Source of the DNA: Amoebophrya sp. A120
Lineage: Eukaryota > Protista > Dinoflagellata
Length of the DNA stretch: 64,000 bases
Assembly: GCA_905178155.1 (NCBI GenBank)
Contig: CAJINV010000015.1
Span: forward strand, 643,309 to 707,308
Direction of reading: 5' to 3'
Both the position numbers and the translations under genes were made by a program. A model generated the notes under the pieces. It had not been told where the DNA came from and did no database searches. It was given only the letters and a program-made list of their open reading frames with translations. This document shows, piece after piece, positions 51,101-60,599 of this stretch. Numbering within the stretch: the first letter of the stretch is position 1; every line of letters begins with the position of its first letter.

Positions 51101-54100
51101 TTCCCGTCGGTGGTTGCCCTGGAGTTTTGCCAGCTGATTGTTCACTGCCTCGCGCCACATCTTCTGCATTTCCTCCTTCTGCTTCACCTGTGTGGCGTTC
51201 TCAACTGTTACATTCTCAACTGTCACATGATGGATCTGTGATGCAAAAGCACCACTATTATCCACACGATGATCAAGCTGCTTCGCATGATAAATTTGCA
51301 AAGTGCTAAACATTACCTAAATCCGACCGTGCGGAATTTGTAATGCTACAGGCGCAACCTCCACCCTTTCACGTTTCTCGTTCTTGCGTCACAAATCCAC
51401 GCAACAGTTGAGAATGTAACAGTTGAGAACGCCATAAACTGGCGCATCTCCTTGTAGAACGTTTCCAGACGCTATGGGGGTGTCAGGATCGAAATCGTCA
51501 AAGTTGAAATTGAAATAGTTTGTCTTTGTCATGCATAAAATGCAACGCAGAAATTGTCTCTATTGCAGAGGACGCAAGAGAGGCAGACTGTAAGCCTGTT
51601 GAGGGGTAGAAACTGAGGTGCTCACGTAGCACGACAAAAGGCGTCTTCCTCATCCAAACAGCATGACAAACTGGATTTGGATTCTACCCAGATTTGTCAT
51701 GCGCCACTTGGAAACTGGGCTTCAACTGGCCTCCATTTTATGCATGGCAAATTAAGTATTTCAACTTTGTCGACTTCAATCATGACAGGTCCATAGACGC
51801 GCCCGCTTCTCCCGTTTCTCGGCATCGTCGTTCGGAAACCGATTTTTATTCTCTACTTCCCCGCCCAAGTCCAAAAACGATCGCGCGCTGAAATTTCGCG
51901 CACCTACCCGGCCGGTGCCTTGTTCCTCCCCTGAAACATGAAGATCCTGCGAAGATTCGTGGTTGGGTGGCACGGGCGTGGGCTGCAGCAACGTGGGCAG
52001 CTTTATTTTATTGCGATCGTTTTCATTCTCTCTCTTCGGGCTCAGCAAACCGAAGGGATTCTTTTTATCCTGATCCTCATCTCCGCCATCAATCATGGAG
52101 TTCTTGTCATCATCTCCCCCAAGGACGGAGGACCGGGAGATCATGCGAGAAGATTTCTCTGCTGGAAGTAGTTGTGAAGACTGCTCCTTGTCTTCACCAT
52201 CACCACCACGTGGTCGACCGCCGGGCATGGGCGAAGAACAAGATTCGTCGAGTGCAAAGAAGCCGGACAATTCCGACCTAGCAGCACTCGCAGGTACAGG
52301 CGAGCCCATCGGGTAGTCGGAGTACTCCATGTTCCACAGATGCTCCTCCAGCATGCCAAACTCCGATTGCGCCGGAATTTCGCTCAGCTCGTTCAGTTCC
52401 GAGAGGGCAGATGACCGGTCGTCCTGCTGATCACTCCTCCGATTTTTGTTTCTGCGACCTCCTCTGTTGCTGCCCGGAGTCACCAGGCCACTCATGTTCA
52501 GATCGTTGGGCGCCGTCCCCACCACGTCTATTGTCGAAAGGTCGACCTTATAAACTGCAAAAATGTCTGGGTCTGGTTCTGGAAGAGTCGGGGCTTGATG
52601 TCATGCAGATTTTGCAAGACCCGGCCCCGGGAGGTCTGTGATGCTGGTGCTAGCATCACAGATTTTTTGAGAGCTTCTTGATGCTAATTACGCATGAGAA
52701 ATGCCCTCTCTGCGTGCCAAGAACGGACTCCTCTTGCTGCTGCTCAGGCAACACAGACACTTTTAGAGTCCGCAAACAGCATTACAGGTTCCACTTTTCC
52801 AGACCCAGACATTTTTGCAATCCATAGACCTGGCTTACGTCGAACACGGAGACTTCGGCAGCTTCGTCATCGTCTCCATCTCCGGCGTATCAACTGTAAA
52901 AGTGTCTGGGTCTGGAAGAATTCGAGACTTATCATGCAGCTTTTGCGTGACCGATGAGGTCTGGAATGCAGGACCTAGCATGACAGATTCTGTACGATCT
53001 TTCTCATGCCTATCCTGCATGAGAAACTGCCTCCCGACTTGGTCAAAACTGGGAGACTTTTGGTACTTAATCATGCAACACAGATTTTTGCATGCTTCAG
53101 ATTTGGCATGACAAGTTGCATTCTTCCAGACCCAGACACTTTTGCATTTAATACAGCGGCTTGCTCGACGATGTTGTCCTCCGTCTTCCGGTATCAAATG
53201 CAAAAGTGTCTGGGTCTGGAAGATTTCTAGACTTGTCATGCAGGTTTTAGATGAGTCTTGATGTCTGTCATGCGTGCCCTAGCATCACAGATTTTTTGAG
53301 GGCTTCTTGATGCCTATTCCGCATTACAAATCAATGCCATCTCCACGTAGCAAAAATCACACTCCCTTTGCTGCTCATGCAATACAGATTTTTTTGCAAT
53401 CCAAATGCAGCATCACAAGTTCCAATCTTCCAGACCCAGACATTTTTACATTTGATATCCGGCGCTTCGGGTTCCGCACGGGCGTGGACGCTGATGAAGC
53501 CTCCTGTTTGACTTTGACCTTCACCTTTGTCGTGCTTTGTGTGCCCTCATGATCTCCAAGAAAGCTCTCTTCGACGTGTAGTTCTTCCTTTGTTCCCGAA
53601 ACCACACTACTTGCATCAAGCAACGCGTCTTTGATCTTGATCGCCGAAATAGTACTAGGATCTTCTTCGTCCACCTTCAACCGGGCACCAGCAGCTGACT
53701 CCTTGACTCTCTTTTTCCGCGCCTCCTCGACCATTTCCTGCTTCACGATCTCCGCGGCATGCGGTGCCGAGTAAAACTCCGGCCGCTGGACTTTGTCCAC
53801 TTTCTCAAACTTCTTCAGCCGTTTCTGCAGGACGTGATTGCGCATGTGGTCAATGTCGAACGTCTGCAGTTGGAACCCGTTGCTGTAGTCGTAGTCCGGC
53901 ATGTGCTATCAAATGTAAAAATTATGTCTGGGTCTGGAAGAGTCATGCTGTTTTTGCATGACGCGGCAGAAGGTTTGCCATGGAAGCTCTAGCATCACAG
54001 GTTTCGAGAAGCTTCCGACATGCCGAATCCGCATGACAAATCCCCCATTTTGGTGACAGAAAGTGGGCAGCTTTTGCTACCTATGCATAAGAGATTTTTC

Positions 54101-57014
54101 TGTGTTCTGAAATGCGCATTACAAGTTTGTATTCTTCCAGACCCAGACATTTTTGCAATGTATATGTGCACTTTGTCTTCGCAGAACTTTCGTACCGTTT
54201 CCGGGTCATCCTTGTTGACATTGTTTTTGAAGAAGATGTGATTCTTCATGGCCACTTCCTTATCCAGAACTGCCACACCTTTCTCGGGCTGCCACTTTTG
54301 GTTCTTAACCGCCTCGTCCATCTCTTTCCATTTCTGCTGCATGTGAATCGCCTGTCTCGTCTGCTGTTTCAGGTATTTTCGGTTGTAGGGTTTGTAGATG
54401 CTGTCGTGGCCCCGCCGGCCAAACGCTGCACTTTTCCCCATGTCCTTCTCGAGCAACAAATTGAACCGCTGCTCCTTGTCCGTCGTTTTGTTCTCGAGGA
54501 GGGAGTCGCGCTGGACTTGTTGTGCCATGCTGCTGGTCGTGGTCTTGGTGGCATCGGTATGTTGAATTTGATGCGAAGGAGCAAGAAGAGCATCGCCATT
54601 GCTATTGCCAGCTGCAGCATCCTGTTGATGATCGTGGTCCCGCATGACAACGTCAGCTTCGTGGTCCTCATCCTCGACTTCCTCTTTGTGTTCGAGCAAA
54701 ATGGAAGCGCCAACATCTACCTCCACAGTGGGGGCTTTAGTGCGACGTGTACTATCATCTGCCTTCGCCGTAATTGAAGAGCTGTCGAATTCCTCTAAAA
54801 ACCGGTCCAACATGTCCTCGCCCCAGAGATAGGAAGTGAATGCGGATTTCTGTTCGGCACTAAGCTCTTCTGGTTGTGGCGGTGCTGGTGGTTGCTGAGA
54901 GGAGTTTGTTGTTGACAATTGTTGTTCATCATGGTCTTTCTGGTTTCTGTGCATCAGTGACTTCATCTTCCCGCCGGTGCCATCTTCGACGGCACCAGTG
55001 TCGTTCGTCTCGCTCACCACACCGTTGTTCCCGTGCGGAGCGACGAGAACCTATCGAGGGAAACGATTGCGTGTAGAAGTGTAGCTCCTGTTTTGGACTC
55101 ACAGCTCCGCAACAAATTCGCTCTGATGCATGATAGAAAAAGCTTTTCATACACCGCTAGTAATTGAAGCAATGTGATATTGACATCACTTATGATGAAG
55201 TGACGAGGCTCTGAAGTAGATGGATGCCGACATGACAAAGTTTTACATGTCCTAATTCCGCATCAGAGAATCACTATAGTTCTTACACTAAGCACAGTTT
55301 TTCATCTCTCGATAGAATCTCGTAGGGGTTCGCTGTCGCCGCGTGTTTCAATAAATTTGTCAGGCCGGAGCAAGATGCTGCTTGGTTTTTGTTTTGCAAC
55401 TGACCAGCCTTTTCTTTCACCGCGGCCTTGACCGCGTCCTGGTCGGCGACCACGTTGTAGACCGAGACGCCGACATTATCCTCGAGTTCGTAGTTGTAAA
55501 ACCGGGGCAGCGAATCCTTCATGTACATGCCCGTCAGAATTCGGTCGTGGTGTTATGCATTGCAAAAGTATCGCACTCCACTCTCGTACATTAAGTAATT
55601 GCAGTCATGCATGACAAAATGTCGCTCCAAACTTGAAACAACATTACAAATTCCACTTGTTTTTTTGCCGAAATTATTTCTGATGCTATTAGTGCTAGCA
55701 CGTTAATATTTCTGCGGTGCATAGGTGCTCGCGGTCAGCGATTTCTTCCTTGGTCCAGGTGGTGCAGTTCAGGTAGTGCTCCCGCGAAGTCATCCCGAGA
55801 AGCCGCCCCTCCTTCATTTTTTCGGTTTTCGGAAAAACGTAGTCCCCCCAATCGATGTTGTCTTTGAAGAGGCTGTAGCCATCGTCCTCGAAATTCTATG
55901 CATTGCAAAAGTATCGTACTCGTATAAATGCATTACAAATTTTCTCAGCATGAGAAATGAAATTTGTAATGCAGATTTGCCTTAAGAAAAAGATTTGTAA
56001 TGCATGAATGCAATTACTACGAGTACGATACTTTTGCACAGGATAAATTCTTGTTCTTCACGACGTTCTCCACCCAGCTTTTGTCAAAGTCTTCCACGTT
56101 GCCCAGCTATCAAATGTAAAAATGTCTGGGTCTGCAAGAGTGCATGTTTGTCATGCTTGTCTGGCATGACTCTTAAATCTGTCATGCACGTTACCCAAGA
56201 GCTCCGCTTTTCTGTGATGCAGAGGCGCAGTTTGTCATGCAGAATAGGCAACACCTAGGAGCTCAGAAATTTGTCATGCTGAGCCAGCATTTGTAGCGTC
56301 CTCATGAGACGCCACCCAGCATCACAAGTTTCCAGACCCAGACATTTTTACTTTTGATACCAACCTCTCCTTCTCCACATCGGGGATCAGAGACTCCGGG
56401 TGGACCGGTTTCTTCGCCTCCGTGGCGTGTTTGTAGGCAATGGAGTCCAACCCCTTCATCAGATGCTGAGTCACGATCGCGGATTCCTTAAAGCGGTCGA
56501 GTTCCGGCTTCACGGGCACGACGGACGGCTTGTATTTCGGCAGGTCGACGTCACTGTCGCTCGGATCCTCCGGGTTCTGCTTCGGAATCCAGAACTTCTT
56601 CTTCCACGCTGCCCGATGCTCCTGGCGACGCGCATCCTCGAGCTCGTAAAACTGGTCCCGCGTTAGCCCTTTTCGTCCTCGTTCCGAGGGTTTCTGGCCG
56701 GTTTTGTTGTTCGCGCTGTCTGTCATGCTGGAGTTTGTCATGTCAACTTTAATAGCGTCTCCAGTTGTTCTAGCGACGGCAGACGCAGCGCTGATGTTCT
56801 CCTCGGGTGCAACTTCATCCTTCACTTCAACTTTCTTGTCCGCCTGCTTCCCTGCTTTCTTCGCTCCAGCTTTTTTCTTCGGTTGCGGTTCGTCCGCACC
56901 CTGTTTCCCAGCAGCATTGGAGGTCTTGGCTTCTGGTTCTGCGTCTTCGGGCGGGAGCAGCGTCTCCGCCCCGGACTTCCGTTTTGCGGTATTTTTCTTG
57001 CTTTTATTGTCCAT
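21152..57014 (-). CDS. Giant orphan protein (about 6,300 aa, 61 exons), Lys/Glu/Asp-rich, no domain recognised
   Basis: ATG at 57014 (MDNKSKKN) to TGA at 21152 (..GNLFKTT*). I translated all 60 junctions by hand; each keeps the frame after removing element plus 5 nt (58 cases) or a GT-AG intron (40365-40579, 49177-49455). Confidence 0.82.
21387..21694. mobile_element. Introner, minor family
   Basis: TIR TATTACA.TGAAAA.TGCCCCC, TSD TTTCC. Confidence 0.88.
22516..22834. mobile_element. Introner family D
   Basis: TSD CGCCG. Confidence 0.9.
23892..24204. mobile_element. Introner family A
   Basis: TSD GTGGT. Confidence 0.9.
24367..24635. mobile_element. Introner family B
   Basis: TSD CGACG. 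Confidence 0.9.
25351..25611. mobile_element. Introner family B
   Basis: TSD CTCTT. Confidence 0.9.
25665..25943. mobile_element. Introner family E
   Basis: TSD TCCCG. Confidence 0.9.
26073..26338. mobile_element. Introner family B
   Basis: TSD AATCC/GGTCC. Confidence 0.87.
26483..26632. mobile_element. Introner family J
   Basis: TIR containing GTGTTAACGTTA, TSD CATCA. Confidence 0.88.
26724..26879. mobile_element. Introner family C
   Basis: TSD CAACC. Confidence 0.9.
26998..27321. mobile_element. Introner family A
   Basis: TSD TCAAT. Confidence 0.9.
27383..27534. mobile_element. Introner family G
   Basis: TIR containing TTTTCCCGTACA, TSD CGTGT/CTTGT. Confidence 0.85.
27608..27896. mobile_element. 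Introner family E
   Basis: TSD TGGCC/TGCCC. Confidence 0.87.
28014..28186. mobile_element. Introner family C, degenerate
   Basis: TSD GCGCT/ACGCT. Confidence 0.82.
28725..29058. mobile_element. Introner family C with an internal insertion of about 185 bp
   Basis: TSD GATCT/AATCT; extra sequence 28772-28956. Confidence 0.85.
29160..29433. mobile_element. Introner family B
   Basis: TSD CATCC. Confidence 0.9.
29483..29627. mobile_element. Introner family C
   Basis: TSD TCGTC/TCGTT. Confidence 0.9.
29717..30004. mobile_element. Introner family E
   Basis: TSD TCCCT/TCCCC. Confidence 0.85.
30584..30735. mobile_element. Introner family C
   Basis: TSD TTTTC. Confidence 0.9.
30856..31321. mobile_element. 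Probable solo LTR (466 bp) nested in the introner
   Basis: TGTTA...TGACA ends (TG..CA), 5-bp TSD TCATG on both sides. Confidence 0.72.
31383..32178. mobile_element. Non-autonomous TIR element (MITE-like, 796 bp, GC-rich) nested in the introner
   Basis: 43-bp TIR TACGKTAGRGAAAACTGTCCCCACTACCCCGGTTTTCCCCAAA (2 mismatches), TSD CTTTT. Confidence 0.9.
32391..32574. mobile_element. Introner family J
   Basis: TATCACA.GAAAA TIR, degenerate TSD, frame restored. Confidence 0.8.
32755..33019. mobile_element. Introner family B
   Basis: Family B TIR, TSD diverged, frame restored. Confidence 0.82.
33059..33215. mobile_element. Introner family C
   Basis: Left end AAT, TSD CATGT/TACGT. Confidence 0.8.
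33590..33795. mobile_element. Introner, minor family
   Basis: TAT..CTA ends, TSD GAGCT. Confidence 0.82.
33870..34180. mobile_element. Introner family A
   Basis: TSD CTCCA. Confidence 0.9.
34251..34460. mobile_element. Introner family G-like
   Basis: TSD GTGGG/GCTGG, frame restored. Confidence 0.8.
34648..34935. mobile_element. Introner family E
   Basis: TSD GTCTC. Confidence 0.9.
35016..35168. mobile_element. Introner family C
   Basis: TSD ACCGG. Confidence 0.9.
35245..35552. mobile_element. Introner family A
   Basis: TSD GAAGA. Confidence 0.9.
35638..35795. mobile_element. Introner family G
   Basis: TSD TTTTC/TTTTT. Confidence 0.83.
35834..36164. mobile_element. Introner family C containing a T-rich low-complexity tract
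   Basis: Family C TIRs, TSD GGATC/CGGTC; T-rich tract at about 35957-36112. Confidence 0.8.
37187..37449. mobile_element. Introner family B
   Basis: TSD GTTCC. Confidence 0.9.
37520..37832. mobile_element. Introner family A
   Basis: TSD AGCTT. Confidence 0.9.
39771..39925. mobile_element. Introner family G
   Basis: TIR containing GTAAATTTCCCGTAC, TSD CCTGG. Confidence 0.9.
39985..40306. mobile_element. Introner family D
   Basis: TSD AACCC. Confidence 0.9.
40365..40579 (-). other. GT-AG intron of the giant gene
   Basis: CAG|GTATAA...TCCAG|GCT joins WQEQ|AMDE. Confidence 0.75.
41586..41730. mobile_element. Introner family C
   Basis: TSD AGTAG/AGAAG. Confidence 0.88.
41826..42094. mobile_element. 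Introner family B
   Basis: TSD GGGTG. Confidence 0.9.
43474..43738. mobile_element. Introner family B
   Basis: TSD CAAGT. Confidence 0.9.
44183..44405. mobile_element. Introner family F, in frame and stop-free
   Basis: TIR TAT.CAA.GAAAAAAGTGTTACAG, TSD TCGCA. Confidence 0.9.
45147..45295. mobile_element. Introner family C
   Basis: TSD GCATC. Confidence 0.9.
45364..45625. mobile_element. Introner family B
   Basis: TSD TAGCC. Confidence 0.9.
46368..46678. mobile_element. Introner family A
   Basis: TIR intact, TSD CCTCA/CCCTG diverged, frame restored. Confidence 0.87.
46745..47005. mobile_element. Introner family B
   Basis: TSD TGCGG. Confidence 0.9.
47308..47661. mobile_element. Introner family A with internal GGGTTCCAAC duplications
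   Basis: TSD CCGAT. Confidence 0.9.
47707..47855. mobile_element. Introner family C
   Basis: CAT..ATA ends, TSD CGTGG. Confidence 0.88.
48186..48378. repeat. 92-bp tandem repeat (2 copies plus a partial), each with a GC-rich hairpin
   Basis: CGCTAGTGG recurs at 48186, 48278 and 48370. Confidence 0.9.
48772..48948. repeat. 13-bp minisatellite CRCCTGTCAAGGT, about 14 copies
   Basis: Counted directly. Confidence 0.95.
49177..49455 (-). other. Canonical GT-AG intron of the giant gene
   Basis: GAG|GTAAGT...CCCCAG|CC joins EMRA LFEE. Confidence 0.85.
49940..50224. mobile_element. Introner family E
   Basis: TSD TGTCT. Confidence 0.9.
50467..50739. mobile_element. Introner family B
   Basis: GAT..ATA ends, TSD TCCCG. 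Confidence 0.87.
50891..51082. mobile_element. Introner family F
   Basis: TSD GATCA. Confidence 0.88.
51191..51436. mobile_element. Introner, minor family
   Basis: TIR TRTGGCGTTCTCAACTGTTACATTCTCAACTGT, TSD ACCTG/AACTG. Confidence 0.88.
51473..51795. mobile_element. Introner family A
   Basis: TSD GACGC. Confidence 0.9.
52549..52826. mobile_element. Introner family B
   Basis: TSD GACCT. Confidence 0.9.
52888..53153. mobile_element. Introner family B
   Basis: TSD CGGCG/CAGCG. Confidence 0.9.
53192..53457. mobile_element. Introner family B
   Basis: TSD TCCGG. Confidence 0.9.
53907..54164. mobile_element. Introner family B
   Basis: TSD TGTGC. Confidence 0.9.
55052..55314. mobile_element. 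Introner, degenerate minor family
   Basis: TATCGAG..CTCGATA ends, TSD GAACC/GAATC. Confidence 0.8.
55554..55723. mobile_element. Introner family C, degenerate
   Basis: TSD GGTGT/GGTGC. Confidence 0.83.
55897..56045. mobile_element. Introner family C
   Basis: TSD AATTC. Confidence 0.9.
56108..56359. mobile_element. Introner family B variant
   Basis: TSD CCAGC/CCAAC. Confidence 0.88.
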
Positions 57015-57820
57015 CTTGCCACTAGCTGGTGCCAGTGCGGCTGATGTTTCCAACGCGACGGGGCCGACGAGACTCGTTCGATCGTGGTTGCGGGCTGCAG
57101 GTGGAGTTGAGCAACTTGAAGTTGTTAATAGACGAGAGGACGAACAAAGACACACAACATGTACGTTCCTTGGTCAGAGAAGATCACACAACTTCTACAT
57201 CACGGATCAAACAGTATTTGACTTTGACGCGAGTGAGTCTGTGTCCTCAATAATATTCATCGTGAAAGGTGGCGCGTGCGAGAGCTTTGAAATCAGCGTT
57301 AGCGTTCTTTGATCCGCTCATCAATACTGCTATCTCAATCTCGTCGCACTCGCTCTCAACAGCTCGCGCACCAACATGATGCCGCCAGCGCTATTCTCTA
57401 TACTCTATACTGGTTCTGATTTACTGTTTGTCCTCAATCAGAATCACACACATTCATGCCCTTCCAACCAAGCGTGGCTAGTTGTTCTTGGGCAAAACTA
57501 GTTGTATTGATGATGACGGGTATAATCACTAGTATTGTAATTTTTTCCTCACACATTCCTCGCGTCGCTCCTTTCCACTAGACAATACCCAAGTATCCAA
57601 TTTGATTGTCTTTACGTCGGTTCAAACTCAAGGGACAAGAACACACATTAACACACCTCGAGCACAAGCTTCAGCATCCTTTTTCTTCATGCCTCGTCGC
57701 AGCATCGATTTTTCTTGGCGCAATCCTACAAAACTAGTGCATTATAAGTGCTGGAGTGAAATAGGAGTATATTGTCGTGTCATCTGCACATGAAGCTGCT
57801 TACGCAGCTACTTTTCATTT

Positions 57821-60599
57821 TCACCTTCCTCTCACGCCAGCACTTCCTCCTCCACCGATCATGTTGTCGTAGTATGGGCTATTTCGTCGACCCGGGTTGT
57901 TGAATCCAAAAAACGGCACGCCACCGCCCGCCACTCCCGGCAATGGGCAACACGTCCCGTACTGCGCACAGTTCTGCACCAGAAAGAAAAAGCCGCAGCA
58001 AGATTATGCAATACAAATTTCCCGTCCATGTACAAAATGCATGACGACTTTCGCCATTACTCCGAGTGTGGTCCAACTTGTCGCGCTGACGAAGATTGCA
58101 GGCAAGTTTTGTCATGCAGAAACAACATTTGTATCTGTACGTCGTGCACGGGCAATTTCCCGTGGATAAGCAGGCCACTCCGAACACGAACCAGATCAGC
58201 TCTAGCAGAAACCGTGCAAACGTGTACTGCGCAGGAACAGTTTTCCCCTCCTGATACAAGTCACCATCGTCGTAGGTTTGCGAAAGCCGGCGCTGCGACG
58301 ACTGATACTGCGGAGGAGCGGGAGGGTAGTTATTGTACGGCGAAGATGGAGGGGTCCCCGCTGCAGCCGCATTGTTGTACCCGCCATAGGGGCTTCCGGA
58401 GTTGTAAGGTGAAGGTCCGCCGGGAACGAGGACATTGCTCGAGACCACACTGGGCGGCAGCTGTTGCTGAGACGGATAATTGTACGTGTTGTAATCTTGA
58501 GTAGAAGGAAACGTCGAGTAAGGTGACGCGGAGCCCCCGCCCCCTGGTGCGGCCGGAAAGAACGATGAGTCGTATGCCGCGGCACCCGGAGCAGCTGCTG
58601 GATAGAAGAGCTGGGAACTACTGCTGCTGATAGAAGGTCCTGCAGCGCCAACTCCTGGTGCTGGAAAGGGATTTGCCCCAGTAAACGTAGTAGAACTGCT
58701 GGTTAGCCCACTGTTTCCGTAGCTACTCGCGTAAACGTTCGCACTGGTAGAGCCCAGGTTTTTCAAAAAGTTGAACTGAATGCGCTCCATCTCGATACCA
58801 GTCGCCTCCGCCCGACGCAAATCCAGTTGCGCCGCCCGGGCGTAGAAGCTCGCCTCGGTCGCCTTGCGCTCCGCGAGAAATCGGTCGGCGGGAGAAGTTA
58901 TGCGTTGCAAAAGTATCGCATTTTTTTTTTTAGGAAGAATTGCATTACAAATTTTCTGAAGAACAAAAATGCTGCAATTTGTCATGCTATTATAGCTATT
59001 TCAGGTATAAAATTATTGGTTTCGGTAGTTTTGTCGTGCATAATTGCGATTAGTACCTAGAACGATACTTTTGCAATGCATAGAAGCGCTCGCGCTCTGG
59101 TACAGCTGGATGGCTTCCTGGATCAGCAGTGTGGCTTTCGCACCGAGGGTTTTTGCCGAGTTGGAGTAGGCTTCCAGGGCGTGCTGCATATGCTGCAGCC
59201 GCGGGGAGGAGGTTCTACTTGAGGCGGAGGAGGAGAATGTTGACGCAACTTGCTTTCTTGCCGAGCCCGCCGAGCCCGCATTTTCACGGTGGTGCTGCTG
59301 TAGCAGCTGCTGCAGCTGCTCCTGCCCTTGATGGCGAATTGGATCTGTAGCCGCAGCTTGGGCTTGCCTGGACGAGGAGAGCTGCCCTCTCTTGCTCGAC
59401 GAAACCAGCGATGTTGTTGCCGGAAATGATCTGCTTGGCGTTGGCACACTGACACTGGTCTCGCTGTTGCTGTCTGTAGTCGTGGTGCTCGGCTGCTGCA
59501 GCTGTTGCGCAACGTGTTCAACAACATCTGGCAGATTATCGTTCTTCTCGTTACTAGTCGTGGAAGTGGCCACGTTTTGGTTTCCACTGCTGTCGTTCTT
59601 GGTGCCGACAACTCCAGATCCAAAAACCTCCTGTTCTTGAAAAGTAGCTGCAGAAGATGCTGCACTGTCGTCGACGTTGTAAATGTTTGGTCCGGATTTT
59701 TGAGTCGTGGTTGAAAAAGATTTCATATTAGTTTCACTCCTGCCCCCCGGCCCAGTCGCGCTCCGACTGCCGGCAGTTGTTGGCTGCCCTGAAGAAGAAG
59801 AAGAAGATGTGCTTCTGTGGTCTGCTGCAAAAATATCGCTGGTTTCCGCCAAAATTTTGCTTACACTGTTCACCTGGTCACGGATAATCTGGTCCTGGAG
59901 AAGATCTTGATCTGGTTTTGTAGAAGAGTGCGACGACGGTGCTGCTGTTGGGAGATGAAACGACGGCAGGCGGCCTCCGTTTGCATCGGGCGGACCACCA
60001 GGTCGTGAAGCTTGTTCTGGCGGCCCAGCATTGCGAACAGGGTGGCTTTTCACTTCTTGCTGCACCTCCGATTGTTCTCCTATTCGCGGCCCTGCTGTGT
60101 TGATCTTCGCGTTGAGAGGACCTGTTGTAGGTCCTTCTTCTACTGCATCACCTGTCTGCCACTGCAAGACGTCGCCCGCACTTCCGCTTGTTTTTCCCGT
60201 CGAAGCAAGGTGTAATTCGTTTTCAATCCGCCCCAAAGCTGCGTCCGGGTCGCTGATGCTGGTTTCAAGGAGATCTGCATCTTGATGATCCTGTTGGGCC
60301 GCCGGCCCGTGAAGATCCAGATTGTGGTGAGCCTCTTGAGCGAGCCTCGTGTCCTCTGGCACTGTGTTGAAAAAAGAAGCTGCTGCTGGATCACTGCGGT
60401 CGCTGCTGTTCTCCTCCTGCGCAACAACTGCCACCGCTCCTAGTACAGACACCAGCACTACAGATTGTTCGAGTACCTTCGCAGGATGGAGCAGGAAAAG
60501 CGCCACTTGGGTGGAGGTCATCAGCAAATGGAGACGTCGGTTGACGCAGGACCCGCGTCGAGGTGAACCTGCAGCGCCGATTTTGAGACGAGAGGCCAT
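57821..60599 (-). CDS. Hypothetical membrane protein: hydrophobic N-terminus, long Ser/Thr/Gln-rich region, Pro/Tyr-rich region, Cys-rich C-terminal TM segment
   Basis: ORFs 59013-60599 and 57879-58985 join across introner 58899-59082; removing 58005-58168 gives FLLELIWFVFGVACCCGFFFLVQNCAQYGTCC...GVRGR*. Confidence 0.7.
58005..58168. mobile_element. Introner family G
   Basis: AATTTCCCGT motif and TAT..ATA ends; TSD diverged. Confidence 0.78.
58899..59082. mobile_element. Introner family C
   Basis: TSD GAAGT/GAAGC. Confidence 0.88.

Noticed and set aside
24367-53457. Recurring GTCTGGGTCTGGAA repeats with unique sequence between them, resembling a CRISPR array
   Set aside because: The repeats are inverted pairs with TSDs at irregular spacing, the intervening sequences are exons, and there are no cas genes.
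2104-56400. Many short ORFs sharing peptides such as FQTQT, KCKNVWVWK, CAKVSYSY, FVMH and ALQI
   Set aside because: These are translations of introner TIRs and the GCATNACAAA motif, not a protein family.
21152-57014. Treating the region as many separate genes or pseudogene fragments
   Set aside because: Every junction rejoins in frame under one rule, which is very unlikely by chance across 60 junctions.
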